DNA of 32,000 nucleotides. Source: Nitrosopumilus ureiphilus. GTDB taxonomy: Archaea; Thermoproteota; Nitrososphaeria; Nitrososphaerales; Nitrosopumilaceae. Made by a program: the position numbers and the translations under genes. Below, piece by piece: positions 7,903 through 17,664 of the stretch. Location of the stretch: NCBI RefSeq assembly GCF_013407185.1, contig NZ_CP026995.1, forward strand, positions 591,578-623,577, in the 5' to 3' direction. Every line of letters starts with the position of its first letter. The first letter of the stretch is position 1. The notes under the pieces were generated by a model, which saw nothing but the letters and a program-made list of their open reading frames with translations, was not told where the DNA came from and searched no databases.

Positions 7903-9282
7903 TTATGACCTTTTTGTAATCCATTCGGTAACTCTCGGCCATAATTCTTCATGTGCTTTTTTACTAATGCATAAGCCTACATGTCCTGTTGGATATTCTA
8001 TTAGTTCTTTATCTGTACTAGGAATGTGACACATAACATATTTGCTAGAATCTGATGGGACCAAATCATCATTTTGTCCAACTATGTTTAAAACAGGCAT
8101 AGTTAGTTTGTTAAGATCAACAAATTTTCCACCCACTTTCATCTTGTTATGGATTAGTTGATTTTTTTGGTAGATTTTTTTGATAATCTCTTTGTATACT
8201 TTGCCTGTAATCGGTCTACTATCATACAACCACATTTCAATTGCCATAAACTGTTGAATCTCATCTAAAGAACGTGGTTTTTTGAAATAGTTTGGATATT
8301 TTAGAACTGATTCCAAGGGATTTCTCATTATAAATGCAAAATTCAAAAGTTGTCCTGGAACATTTCCTAATTTTTCTATCATAATATCTAGATTGATTTG
8401 TTTTGTCCATTTTTCAATTACTGTGTCTGGCTTTTCCAAATCAAGCGGTGTTGCATGTAAGACGAGATTTTTTACCGTTTCTGGATGCATTGTAGTATAA
8501 ATAAGTGAAAGAATTCCTCCCCAACAATACCCAAACAACGTTATTTTCTTAAAACCTGTAATTTCTTGAATTTTTTTAACAGAGTTTTCTACATATTCAT
8601 GAATGTATTTTTCAAGAGTCATATCTTTATCAAAAGTAGTGGGTGTTTCCCAATCTGTTGCATATACGTCAAATCCTTTATTGATAAAATGTTGCACAAC
8701 ACTGATTTTAGGTAGCAAATCAAGGATGTAATGCCTGTTTATCAATGAATAAACAATAAGAATTGGGGTCTTGTTTGACTTTTTAGATTTGTAGTGAAGT
8801 AAATGATACTGTCCATTCATCTCTATTGATTCAGAGTCTGTTCTGTTTAGATTGTCCCGTATGGGTTCAAGTATTTTGTTAAGGAGAAAAAATTGTTCAG
8901 TATATTTTTGATACAACTCACCAATTCCAAAAAACTTTGACAATGTAAACCAAGAGTCAATGGTTTTTGAAAAGGAATTCACAAAATCATCTTTTTTTAT
9001 TCCTTTCCGGAACTCTTGATCAAAAGTCTTCCTCATTTTTGATTGTGAATTGTTGGATAAAAAATTACTTAATGTAATGTTATTTTCATACAAAGTTTTT
9101 GAAACTGAATCCGATAAAATGATATTGTATTTAATAAATAATTGGTTTTGATTCAGGACATAATCTATGTATGAAGATGAAAATTCACGTAATGTATCAT
9201 AATTATAATTATTCATTTTATGTTTATTTTTTTGCCATATCCAATGCAATCTTGAACGCATGGTTGGAGTACTTGGAACCAT
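7903..9282 (-). CDS. alpha/beta-hydrolase, class III PHA synthase (PhaC)-like
   Basis: G-x-C-x-G lipase-type box (FGYCWGG) and C-terminal His (PTGHVG). The start is probably an internal Met (MNNYNYD, about 9216). Confidence 0.65.
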   Translation of the reverse strand: MVPSTPTMRSRLHWIWQKNKHKMNNYNYDTLREFSSSYIDYVLNQNQLFIKYNIILSDSVSKTLYENNITLSNFLSNNSQSKMRKTFDQEFRKGIKKDDFVNSFSKTIDSWFTLSKFFGIGELYQKYTEQFFLLNKILEPIRDNLNRTDSESIEMNGQYHLLHYKSKKSNKTPILIVYSLINRHYILDLLPKISVVQHFINKGFDVYATDWETPTTFDKDMTLEKYIHEYVENSVKKIQEITGFKKITLFGYCWGGILSLIYTTMHPETVKNLVLHATPLDLEKPDTVIEKWTKQINLDIMIEKLGNVPGQLLNFAFIMRNPLESVLKYPNYFKKPRSLDEIQQFMAIEMWLYDSRPITGKVYKEIIKKIYQKNQLIHNKMKVGGKFVDLNKLTMPVLNIVGQNDDLVPSDSSKYVMCHIPSTDKELIEYPTGHVGLCISKKAHEELWPRVTEWITKRS

Positions 9283-9377
9283 CCCAAGATACTAAAATAT
9301 TCTGGAATAACATACTAAAATTTCTATCTGAGGTTAATTTAATGATGTCATGATTATCATCTTTGACATTAAATTAA

Positions 9378-9391
9378 TTTACAATTGTAAA
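9378..9391. promoter_or_regulatory. palindromic operator-like site TTTACAATTGTAAA (perfect)
   Basis: Lies in the divergent region between the PhaC-like gene and copA, 112 nt from the copA ATG. Confidence 0.6.
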
Positions 9392-9455
9392 ATACAATAT
9401 TGAAATATGATGAATAGATTTTGTTGAAAAATGAAATCAAGCATGAGAATCATCA

Positions 9456-9472
9456 TTTGTCTTTAAGACAAA
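9456..9472. promoter_or_regulatory. distinct 17-bp palindrome TTTGTCTT-T-AAGACAAA upstream of copA
   Basis: Perfect 8+8 inverted repeat ending 31 nt before the copA ATG. GGAG lies 10-13 nt before the ATG. Confidence 0.55.
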
Positions 9473-9502
9473 TCGTACTCATTAAAATTATCGGAGATTA
9501 GT

Positions 9503-11668
9503 ATGGCAAAAGATCCTGTTTGCGGCATGATTGTAAATGAAAAAACAGGAATATCTTCTGAATTTGGTGGTAGAAAATTCTACTTTTGTAGTCCTGTTTG
9601 CCAGAAAACATTCACAGAACCTGAAAAAGAGCTTTCACGAATGAAGAAGCGAATCTATGTGGCTACTTCAGGAGCTTTGGCCCTTGCAATAATTCGTGGA
9701 GCTCTGTATCTTGGTGTTGCAGCTGGTGCAATCACAGTTACATGGGTTCCTTTTCCAGAAATACCGTTTCTCTCATATGGCTTGCTTCTTTTCATAATTG
9801 TGACTCCAGTACAATTCATTGGAGGGTGGACGTTCTATGTTGGAGGGTACCATGCAATTATTAGAAGAACTGCAAACATGGACTTGCTAATTTCAATTGG
9901 AACACTCACTGCATATATCTACAGTACCATAGTTCTTTTCTTTCCTGATGCAATTCCAGGCGAAGAAAAGTTCGTCTATTTTGAGGTATCTGCTGTAATT
10001 ATTGCCTTTGTTCTTTTGGGAAAATACATGGAAGAGGCAATAAAAAAGAAAAGTTCATCTGCTGTAAGAAAATTACTTGACTTGAGTCCACCAATGGCAT
10101 GTGTGATTCGTGAGGGCTCAGAAATGGAAATTCCTTCTAATCAGATCAAGATGGATGATGTGATGATCGTAAAACCTGGTGAAAAAATTCCAACTGATGG
10201 AATTATCATTACAGGTGAATCCTCTATAGATGAAAAAATGATTACAGGTGAAAGCCTCCCTGTTGGAAAAAAGCCGGGTGATCAAGTTATTGGGGCTACT
10301 GTTAACAAACAAGGATTGCTTCATATCAAAGCAACCAAAATAGGAAAAGATACTGCATTATCTCAAATTGTTCATGTAGTAGAGCAAGCACAGTCTTCTA
10401 CTGCTAAAGTACAAAGGATGGCTGATTCTATTGCTGCGAAATTTGTTCCTTCTGTGGTAGGAGCAGCCGTCATAACATTTCTACTTTGGTATTTTGTTAT
10501 AGGTGATTTTGTTGCAGGCTTGCTTGCATTTGTTGCAGTTATGATTATTGCATGCCCTTGCGCACTTGGGGTAGCTACGCCTGCTGCATTAATGGTTGGA
10601 GTTGGAAAGGGTGCCGAATCAGGAATTCTAATCAGAGGCGCAGAATACTTGGAACGCTCACAAAAAATCAACACAATCGTATTTGACAAAACAGGCACCA
10701 TAACAAAAGGAGAGCCAGAGGTTACAGACATAGTGTCTTTGAATGAACTAAGTGAAAAACAAATTATTGAATATGGTGGAACAGTAGAATCGGGTTCTGA
10801 ACATCCTATCGCTAAAGCTGTTGTGAATAAAATGAAAGAAATGAATATTCCTCTTACTACTCCTGAAGAATTTGAATCATTAAACGGATTGGGGGTGAAA
10901 GCTATGGTTCATGGGAAAAAAATCTATACTGGAAACAGGAAAATGATGAAACAGTTTGGCATTGATGTTCGTCTTGCTGAACAAAACATGGAAAGACTAG
11001 AGTCAGAAGGAAAGACAGCAATAATGGTGATAATTGATGATAAAATAGAGGGCATCATTGCAGTTGCAGATTCATTAAAGGAAACCTCTCAAATGGCAAT
11101 TTTTGCACTTACTGATCTTGGGATAGAGTCAATTATGATTACAGGTGACAATGAAAAAACAGCACAAGCAATAGCAAAAAAAGTTGGTATTGAGAAAATC
11201 ATTGCAAATGTTTTACCCGCAGATAAAGCCAAAGAGATCAAGAAACTACAAGCACAAGGAAAATTTGTTGCAATGGTGGGTGATGGAATTAATGATGCCC
11301 CCGCTTTAGCACAAGCTGATATAGGGATTGCAATTGGTAGTGGTTCTGACATTGCAAAGGAAACAGGAGGAATAATTCTGATCAGAGATGATCTAATGGA
11401 TGTTTCTCGTGCAATTCGATTGAGCAGAGCAACCATGAAGAAAATCAAACAAAATCTTTTCTGGGCATTTGCATACAACTCTGGCGGAATTCCAATTGCA
11501 GCTCTAGGTCTACTTAGTCCAATCTTTGCAGCTGCTGCTATGGCTCTAAGTTCAATTTCAGTCATTGCAAATTCTTCTATGCTTAAGCGATACAATATTA
11601 CAAGTGGAGAAGAAAAATTAATGAAATCTGAGATGTTTCAAAAACAAAAACTTGAGGCTATGAGATAA
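9503..11668 (+). CDS. copA: copper-translocating P1B-type ATPase with N-terminal TRASH/YHS-type domain
   Basis: TGES, CPC (IACPCALG), DKTGT and GDGINDAP motifs. N-terminus DPVCGMIV...[12 protein letters not shown] replaces a GMxCxxC HMA domain. Confidence 0.96.
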   Translation: MAKDPVCGMIVNEKTGISSEFGGRKFYFCSPVCQKTFTEPEKELSRMKKRIYVATSGALALAIIRGALYLGVAAGAITVTWVPFPEIPFLSYGLLLFIIVTPVQFIGGWTFYVGGYHAIIRRTANMDLLISIGTLTAYIYSTIVLFFPDAIPGEEKFVYFEVSAVIIAFVLLGKYMEEAIKKKSSSAVRKLLDLSPPMACVIREGSEMEIPSNQIKMDDVMIVKPGEKIPTDGIIITGESSIDEKMITGESLPVGKKPGDQVIGATVNKQGLLHIKATKIGKDTALSQIVHVVEQAQSSTAKVQRMADSIAAKFVPSVVGAAVITFLLWYFVIGDFVAGLLAFVAVMIIACPCALGVATPAALMVGVGKGAESGILIRGAEYLERSQKINTIVFDKTGTITKGEPEVTDIVSLNELSEKQIIEYGGTVESGSEHPIAKAVVNKMKEMNIPLTTPEEFESLNGLGVKAMVHGKKIYTGNRKMMKQFGIDVRLAEQNMERLESEGKTAIMVIIDDKIEGIIAVADSLKETSQMAIFALTDLGIESIMITGDNEKTAQAIAKKVGIEKIIANVLPADKAKEIKKLQAQGKFVAMVGDGINDAPALAQADIGIAIGSGSDIAKETGGIILIRDDLMDVSRAIRLSRATMKKIKQNLFWAFAYNSGGIPIAALGLLSPIFAAAAMALSSISVIANSSMLKRYNITSGEEKLMKSEMFQKQKLEAMR

Positions 11669-11672
11669 TCAT

Positions 11673-13214
11673 ATGGATCTTATAATTAAGAATCTAGGTA
11701 TTGAATCTGGTGGAAAACCAATTGTATTTCTTAATGTTTTGGATGCTGATGAACTAGGTGTATCTGCATCGGGAAGGCTGCAGATTAATTCTGGAAGATC
11801 GTTAACAGTGATAGTTAACATTGCGTCAGTTACTGTACAAAAAGGATATTTGGGAATTAGCGAGGAAGTGCAAAAAATTTTAAAGTTAGAACAAGATTCA
11901 GTTGTTGATGTACAAATTTCACCATTTCCAAAATCTTTACAATTCATACGTAACAAACTAAATGGGAAAAAACTCACCGATAAAGAAATTCATGAAATCG
12001 TAAATGGGGTTGTTAATGGGAACCTCAATGAAAATGAAATTGCCGCTTTTGTAACTTCATTACATATTCAAGGATTGAGTCTTGATGAGGCCACTAGTCT
12101 TTCTTCATCAATGGTGATGACTGGAAAGCAACTTGTTCTTAATTCTCCTCAAATTGTAGACAAACATAGTATCGGTGGTGTTCCTGGAGATAAAACGACT
12201 TTGCTTGTAGTTCCCATCATTGCAGCTTCTGGACTGATTATACCAAAAACATCCTCTAGGGCAATCACATCTGCTGCTGGAACAGCTGATAGGGCAGAGA
12301 CATTGATGCCAGTGGATTTAGGAATTGAAGAAATGAAAGAAGTGGTTCATAAAACAAATGGTTGTATTGTGTGGGGTGGCGCTCTAGATTTAGCACCTGC
12401 TGATGATATTTTTGTAAAAACAGAATATTCATTGTGTATTGATCCTTTACTATTACCTTCGATTATGAGTAAAAAGAAAGCAGTTGGCGCAACTCATTTG
12501 GTAGTTGACATTCCAACAGGGCGAGGCGCCAAAGTAAAAACAATTGGAGAGGCAGATCTACTTGCAAAAGACATTATTGAGTTAGGAAAACGACTTGGAA
12601 TATACTGTCATTGCGTATTGACTTATGGGGAGCAACCAATTGGAAATACCATAGGTCCATCTCTTGAAGCACGAGAAGCACTTGAGGTATTGATGAAGAC
12701 ATCTCAAGTTCCGGATTTGTTTGACAAAGCATGTCATGTTGCAGGTTCAATTTTTGAAATAACTGGAAAAAAGAATGGATTTGAATTAGCAAGAGATATT
12801 CTTCTTTCAGGAAAAGCAGAAAAAAAACTCAGAGAAATAATATCTCAACAAGGGGGTCAATCAGAAATTAAACCATTTGATTTTGTTATCGGTACTAATA
12901 CATTTGAATACCGTTCTGTCAATGAAGGACAAGTTTTATGGATGGATAACAACATTATGGTCGAAATAGCAAGAGCTGCAGGTGCTCCAAAAAACAAAGG
13001 CTCTGGAATTATATTTAATAAGAAAAATGGAGACAAAGTTTCCAAAAATGATGTTCTTTTTACTGTTTACGCTGAAAAATCCCCGAAACTCTCAAGAGCA
13101 GAACAAATTCTTGATGAAAAAATGCCTATGGGAATAGGGGACAAAATGGAAATGTTGATCCATAGAGTAAAAGAATCCCCAGTTGTAAGAAGATCTTTTA
13201 TTTTGGATAGATAA
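11673..13214 (+). CDS. AMP phosphorylase / thymidine phosphorylase family protein
   Basis: 513 aa with an N-terminal extra domain and the DKHSIGGVPGDKTT signature of the pyrimidine-nucleoside phosphorylase family. Confidence 0.82.
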   Translation: MDLIIKNLGIESGGKPIVFLNVLDADELGVSASGRLQINSGRSLTVIVNIASVTVQKGYLGISEEVQKILKLEQDSVVDVQISPFPKSLQFIRNKLNGKKLTDKEIHEIVNGVVNGNLNENEIAAFVTSLHIQGLSLDEATSLSSSMVMTGKQLVLNSPQIVDKHSIGGVPGDKTTLLVVPIIAASGLIIPKTSSRAITSAAGTADRAETLMPVDLGIEEMKEVVHKTNGCIVWGGALDLAPADDIFVKTEYSLCIDPLLLPSIMSKKKAVGATHLVVDIPTGRGAKVKTIGEADLLAKDIIELGKRLGIYCHCVLTYGEQPIGNTIGPSLEAREALEVLMKTSQVPDLFDKACHVAGSIFEITGKKNGFELARDILLSGKAEKKLREIISQQGGQSEIKPFDFVIGTNTFEYRSVNEGQVLWMDNNIMVEIARAAGAPKNKGSGIIFNKKNGDKVSKNDVLFTVYAEKSPKLSRAEQILDEKMPMGIGDKMEMLIHRVKESPVVRRSFILDR

Positions 13215-14099
13215 TTACCATTCTTGAATTGCCTTGGAAATAATACCTGACAAATCAACAAGTGAATGTTTTCCAGAAATAGCATTCGTACTGACAATTT
13301 TGTATACCCCTGCATTTCTTAGATTTTTTTCAGCATTACCTGCCAACACTGCATGAGTGCATGCAACATAAATTCTTCCAATGTTTTTCTTTTTAAAAAA
13401 TTTTATTGCCTTTACAATGCTGTCTCCCGTGCTTACCATGTCATCTAACAAAACCACGTCTTGAAAATCCACATTAATCAATTTAGATGATTTAATGACT
13501 AATTCTCCTGTCTTTCTATTCCTTTGTTTGTTTAATGCAATTGAGTTGCAATTCAGAATTTTTGCAAACTCCTTTGCTTTGTTTTCCCAAAAAAGATCAG
13601 GAGATACAACTAGTGGATGATGAAGGTTTATCTTTTTAAAATAATTTGCAAGTAATGGTACTGCAGACAGATTTTTTGATTGAATTTTGAAAAAATTCAG
13701 CTCTTCACCACTATGAATATCCACTACAATTAGTTTAGTTGCCCCTGCAGCCTTGAACAGTTTTGCAATGACAGATATTGTGATGATTTCTCCTTTCAAA
13801 AATTCCTTGTCTTGCTTTGCATATCCAACATATGGAATTACTGCATATACCACTGTTGACATTTTTCTTGCCTGATAGATTAATGAAAAGGCATGTACAA
13901 GATTCGTATCTACAGGAATGTGTGTTGATTGAACTACTATAATTTTTTGAGCTTTTATCATTCCTTTTACTGTGATTTTACTTTCACCATCAGGAAATTT
14001 CTTTAATTCCGTCTTCAAGAATTTTGAATTCAGTTTCCTTGAAATTTTTTGAGCTAAACCTTCTGATGATGGTCCTCCAATAACAAGATATTTTTCCAA
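13215..14099 (-). CDS. prs: ribose-phosphate pyrophosphokinase (PRPP synthetase)
   Basis: PRPP-binding loop VLLDDMVSTGDS and overall Prs-like layout. Confidence 0.88.
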   Translation of the reverse strand: MEKYLVIGGPSSEGLAQKISRKLNSKFLKTELKKFPDGESKITVKGMIKAQKIIVVQSTHIPVDTNLVHAFSLIYQARKMSTVVYAVIPYVGYAKQDKEFLKGEIITISVIAKLFKAAGATKLIVVDIHSGEELNFFKIQSKNLSAVPLLANYFKKINLHHPLVVSPDLFWENKAKEFAKILNCNSIALNKQRNRKTGELVIKSSKLINVDFQDVVLLDDMVSTGDSIVKAIKFFKKKNIGRIYVACTHAVLAGNAEKNLRNAGVYKIVSTNAISGKHSLVDLSGIISKAIQEW

Positions 14100-14169
14100 T
14101 ACATGTAATGCCTAATCATATGTCTTAAATTTAATGAAATAAAATGAACTGGGATCATTGAAATTCTTC

Positions 14170-14183
14170 TTTACAATTGTAAA
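14170..14183. promoter_or_regulatory. palindromic operator-like site TTTACAATTGTAAA (perfect)
   Basis: Perfect site 71 nt from the prs start. No clear TATA-like box at the 9-nt gap on the prs side. Confidence 0.5.
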
Positions 14184-14287
14184 ATAGTGTAATTATCTAC
14201 AATAAAATCTGTCAGTAAATCAAATTGAAGATAAAATCTAACACAAAAATTTCTTTGCTGATAATTTTTGGTACAATAATTACATAC

Positions 14288-14301
14288 TTTATAATTGTAA
14301 A
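14288..14301. promoter_or_regulatory. TTTATAATTGTAAA (1 mismatch): operator-like site or simply the TATA box
   Basis: Only 29 nt from the ATG at 14330. The TTTATAAT part is itself a good TATA box at a suitable distance for a leaderless mRNA. Confidence 0.4.
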
Positions 14302-14329
14302 TACGATGTCATAATGAATAACATCTGAT

Positions 14330-15067
14330 ATGATTGAAGAAACTCTTGAACACATTGGAATTCTTTCACCTTTATTGATAATGGGGTTGGGACTTGCAGT
14401 TGGAATACAACATGCATTTGAGCCAGATCATGTTACAGCGGTAAGTACTCAGATCTTAAAATCAAAATTTATGGCAAAATCTACAAAACAACTAATCAGA
14501 GAATCCATAACAAAATCATCAATTTTAGGTGTACTTTGGGGATCTGGGCATACTACAACCCTTGTTTTAATTGGATTTTTGGTATATGCATTTGCATTAA
14601 CAATACAGGACAAAATCTTTTCAGGATTTGAATTCATAGTTGGGATAATGCTTGTATTTTTAGGGGTAACAACAATTCTTAATAAAAAAATCCAATTAAA
14701 ACACAAACATCCACATCAGCATAAAGATGGAACCATTCATCTTGAAAAACATACTCATGATGACTCTGAACATAGACACACTCACAAATCATATCTAATT
14801 GGTCTGATACATGGATTGGCGGGAAGTGGAAGTTTGGTAGTTTTGACTGCTTTTTCCATGAATGATATTGGTATGATTTTGGGATTTATTGCAGTCTTTG
14901 GGGTTGGCTCTATGGCTGGAATGGTATTTGTAGGAAGCTTGATTGGCATTCCATTTGCATTTGGAACTAGATTTACATCAATCCAAAAAATATTTCGTTA
15001 TGTGACAGGAACACTAAGTCTTATTATTGGATTTAACATAATGTATCAAATTGGGTGGTTATTTTAA
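14330..15067 (+). CDS. NicO/RcnA-like metal (Ni/Co-type) transporter with His-rich loop
   Basis: H-x4-DH signature (HAFEPDH), multi-TM, and central loop HKHPHQHKDGTIHLEKHTHDDSEHRHTH. Confidence 0.7.
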   Translation: MIEETLEHIGILSPLLIMGLGLAVGIQHAFEPDHVTAVSTQILKSKFMAKSTKQLIRESITKSSILGVLWGSGHTTTLVLIGFLVYAFALTIQDKIFSGFEFIVGIMLVFLGVTTILNKKIQLKHKHPHQHKDGTIHLEKHTHDDSEHRHTHKSYLIGLIHGLAGSGSLVVLTAFSMNDIGMILGFIAVFGVGSMAGMVFVGSLIGIPFAFGTRFTSIQKIFRYVTGTLSLIIGFNIMYQIGWLF

Positions 15068-15300
15068 ATTTCTTTACAGAAAAAGTCCAAAAATATCATG
15101 CAAAAAAACTAAATGAGGCATTACAAAAACTAAAGTTTCATCAAGAGCTAAAGAAACGTCTAGAAAATGAGATAAAAATAATTGGTGATGAATCAAAAAT
15201 AAATTTGGAAAAAGAAATAGGTAAACAAAATGAGATAATTGCCATTTGGAAAAAAAATATTGAAAAAATAAATGAACAACTAGCTAAATTAAAAAAATAA
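15055..15300 (+). CDS. small Lys/Glu-rich coiled-coil protein
   Basis: 81-aa ORF overlapping the preceding gene by 13 nt. Low-complexity sequence, so coding status is uncertain. Confidence 0.3.
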   Translation: MVILNFFTEKVQKYHAKKLNEALQKLKFHQELKKRLENEIKIIGDESKINLEKEIGKQNEIIAIWKKNIEKINEQLAKLKK

Positions 15301-15440
15301 AAAAACTTGGAGAGGGAAACGACTATTCTATTTCATTATCGCCTCCTTGCAAAGACTGTTGAATTTTTTGCACGTAGTTATACAGATTAGATTTTTCCGC
15401 ATTATTTGATTTAGGAGTAATACATACTTAGATTGAGAAC

Positions 15441-15454
15441 TTTACATTTGTTAA
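15441..15454. promoter_or_regulatory. operator-like site TTTACATTTGTTAA (1 mismatch)
   Basis: In tandem with the site at 15484; starts are 43 bp apart. Confidence 0.55.
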
Positions 15455-15483
15455 AATTGGTTTATGATAATTAAATCATCGAC

Positions 15484-15497
15484 TTTACATTTGTAAA
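15484..15497. promoter_or_regulatory. palindromic operator-like site TTTACATTTGTAAA (perfect)
   Basis: 9-nt gap, then TTATTTAT (15507-15514). The cupredoxin ATG is 42 nt from the motif edge. Confidence 0.75.
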
Positions 15498-15538
15498 ATT
15501 CTATAATTATTTATCGCGGCACAGAGTAGTTAATTTCT

Positions 15539-16573
15539 ATGCTTGCAACAAAGTTTAGAAAATTTTCAATGTATTTTGTATTTTCTAGTTATATCGTTAT
15601 CTTATTTGCTATAGGTAACGTACTGGATGCTGATGCTGAAGAATTTACTATTGGCATTCCCTTTGGTGCTTTTAATCCCGAATTAAACACTCCTGCAGTG
15701 GTTTGGTATAATCCACCAATACTATCAATTCAGACCGGGGATACCGTAACTTGGATTAATGATGATCGAGAGGGACATACTGTAACTAGTGGTGAGGGTT
15801 CAGGAAGATTTGAATGGATGGATGCCAAAGATCTTGGTAAGCCTGATGGATTATTTGATAGTGAAAGATTCATGCCAAATGAGTCTTGGTCATATACTTT
15901 TGAAAAAGAAGGTATCTTCAATTATTTTTGTGTAATTCACCCATGGATGAGCGGAACTGTAATTGTAAAACAAATAATACCTGATTTTCCTCATGATGCG
16001 GCAGGAAATAAAATAGAAACATTTCCAATAATACAATATACTCCTGATAAATTAATAGAGTTTGATATTACATGGGAGCCAAATGTTATCAAAACATTTG
16101 AAAAAACTAAATTCATTTATCAGACATATGATGCCATGACAAACTCAAATCTAGACAAGATGCAATATGACCTAATCATAACTCAAAATGGAAAAAAAGT
16201 ATTCCAAGATTCTGGGGTAACCCAAGTTGGTGGGGATTATAGAAATGTCATCTTTGAGACATCAGGTCCGATAGAAATCATGTTTCAAAATATCGTGAGC
16301 AGTGGCTCTTCTGGCATATCTAGTGCTGCAAGGGCACCTGTTGATCAACCAATATTTCGTACAGTTGTATTTACCACAATAGTATATGACAATTCAGAAA
16401 AAACTACTTCGTCTGAAACTGTTGTGCAGCCTGCACAGAGACTAGATATCTATTACGAACTTTTAGTTGCCATAATACTAGTTCCTGCATTAATGCTGCT
16501 TGGAATAGTTTTATACATGAAATTTAAAAAACATGAAATTTCTTCACAGGAAACACATTCAACACCAATCTGA
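15539..16573 (+). CDS. cupredoxin-domain protein with extra C-terminal domain and TM anchor
   Basis: EGHTVTSG ... YFCVIHPWMSGTVIV (H, C, H, M ligands). Signal or TM at the N-terminus and a C-terminal TM. Confidence 0.85.
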   Translation: MLATKFRKFSMYFVFSSYIVILFAIGNVLDADAEEFTIGIPFGAFNPELNTPAVVWYNPPILSIQTGDTVTWINDDREGHTVTSGEGSGRFEWMDAKDLGKPDGLFDSERFMPNESWSYTFEKEGIFNYFCVIHPWMSGTVIVKQIIPDFPHDAAGNKIETFPIIQYTPDKLIEFDITWEPNVIKTFEKTKFIYQTYDAMTNSNLDKMQYDLIITQNGKKVFQDSGVTQVGGDYRNVIFETSGPIEIMFQNIVSSGSSGISSAARAPVDQPIFRTVVFTTIVYDNSEKTTSSETVVQPAQRLDIYYELLVAIILVPALMLLGIVLYMKFKKHEISSQETHSTPI

Positions 16574-16616
16574 GAATTCTGAACTAAAACATCAAATTTT
16601 TTCAAAGATCAATCAA

Positions 16617-16775
16617 TCATTTACTTTTTCTCTTTCCACGAAGATGTGTTCTGCAACATGGGCATTGTATTCCATCATACTCTAAATATGCATCACATGA
16701 AATACATCTTTTTACTCCCTGACCATATCTTTTATTTTCTGACCTATATCGTTCACAAATTCCCCCGCAAGCCAA
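16617..16775 (-). CDS. small CPCC zinc-ribbon protein (paralog family, copy 2; not in ORF track)
   Basis: Hand translation from TTG at 16775: (M)ACGGICERYRSENKRYGQGVKRCISCDAYLEYDGIQCPCCRTHLRGKRKSK, stop at 16617. Same Cys spacing and basic tail as 7214-7435 and 28738-28938. Confidence 0.6.
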   Translation of the reverse strand: MACGGICERYRSENKRYGQGVKRCISCDAYLEYDGIQCPCCRTHLRGKRKSK

Positions 16776-16892
16776 TTCTCATGGAACCAAGAGTCCTTTG
16801 CATTTAGGACGCAATTTTTTGATTTTGTTAGTGGGTATATCGTATAAACACCTGCGCACACAAAACACATATTTTTGGAGATGCTTGCTTGG

Positions 16893-17234
16893 TCATTTTT
16901 TTGTAATCTTGTTTTTGGAAAATGAAATTGAGGGCTCAAATTTTGTAATGCTGATTTTGGCATCTTTGATTAAACTCTGATAAAATGTTGCAATATGTCC
17001 TGATTCTGTAAAATCTGTTTTTTCTGTAATTAAGGAGCATTCTTTGAGACTTTGGATTTGTTTGTATACTGAGCTGAGTGGAATTTTCAATTCTTTAGAA
17101 ATATCTAGAACTGTTTTTGGTTCTTTAATTATTGAAAATAAAATGTATCTTGATTCTAAATGTATAAGTTCATTGAACATTTTATGAGAAATATCGTATT
17201 TTTCTACTAGTGATGGTTTGAGTTTTGCTGCCAA
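16893..17234 (-). CDS. ArsR-like winged-helix transcription regulator
   Basis: ILFSIIKEPKTVLDISKELKIPLSSVYKQIQSLKE is a typical wHTH. The start is uncertain: TTG at 17234, or the internal MFNEL. Confidence 0.6.
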   Translation of the reverse strand: MAAKLKPSLVEKYDISHKMFNELIHLESRYILFSIIKEPKTVLDISKELKIPLSSVYKQIQSLKECSLITEKTDFTESGHIATFYQSLIKDAKISITKFEPSISFSKNKITKK

Positions 17235-17664
17235 GTGAAAATTGTAGAGTTATCTGTAATTTAAGAAATCTAGTGATTTTAAAAGCCTGGAATATGAATC
17301 TAAAACAATTTTTGGTGTACAGCAATCGTAGGTATTTTTTCTTTAGATAGAATACATTGGAAAAATTGGTTGTTGAACCAATAGTGCCAATAGAAATACT
17401 TCCTGGTAGGTCAGGATGAATAACTATAATGTACCCATTTTTCAATGATTCTTGATCTTGTAATGCCATGTAAAGGAATGATAGACCAAACATTCAAGAC
17501 CAATATGATTTATCATTGCCGAATTATTATAGATGCCTAGTATTTTACAATAGTATTCTAAAAACATAAACCATATTGTGATTGTTGGATTTTCATTTTA
17601 TATCGTTGTTATAGAATAAGAAATTCATCATTATGTTTAAAATAAAATTTCTATCAGATTAGTT

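Noticed and set aside
10118-11595. Three antisense ORFs inside copA (10118-10324, 10372-10731, 11089-11595).
   Set aside because: They lie fully inside a very well supported P-type ATPase gene. They have Ala/Ser/Ile-rich mirror-image composition typical of the reverse strand of a real gene, and no motif or promoter.
11668-13214. The AMP-phosphorylase-like and PRPP synthetase genes considered as functional members of the copper/redox system, because of the 4-nt gap after copA and an operator 71 nt from prs.
   Set aside because: These are nucleotide-metabolism housekeeping families. Adjacency alone is insufficient, and the prs-side site lacks the fixed-offset TATA-like box.
14288-14301. TTTATAATTGTAAA counted as a regulon operator.
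   Set aside because: Not fully rejected, but downgraded. It is only 29 nt from the ATG, and its TTTATAAT half is a plausible TATA box for a leaderless transcript, so the resemblance may be partly coincidental.
16712-16963. Tracked 83-aa ORF on the minus strand.
   Set aside because: Its 5' part overlaps the wHTH gene. Its 3' part overlaps, in another frame, the CPCC zinc-ribbon ORF (16617-16775), which has two paralogs. The tracked ORF has no recognisable features.
17182-17493. Tracked 103-aa minus-strand ORF in the wHTH upstream region.
   Set aside because: It overlaps the wHTH start and has basic, low-complexity reverse-frame-like composition in its second half. No motif is present. A short real N-terminal peptide cannot be excluded.
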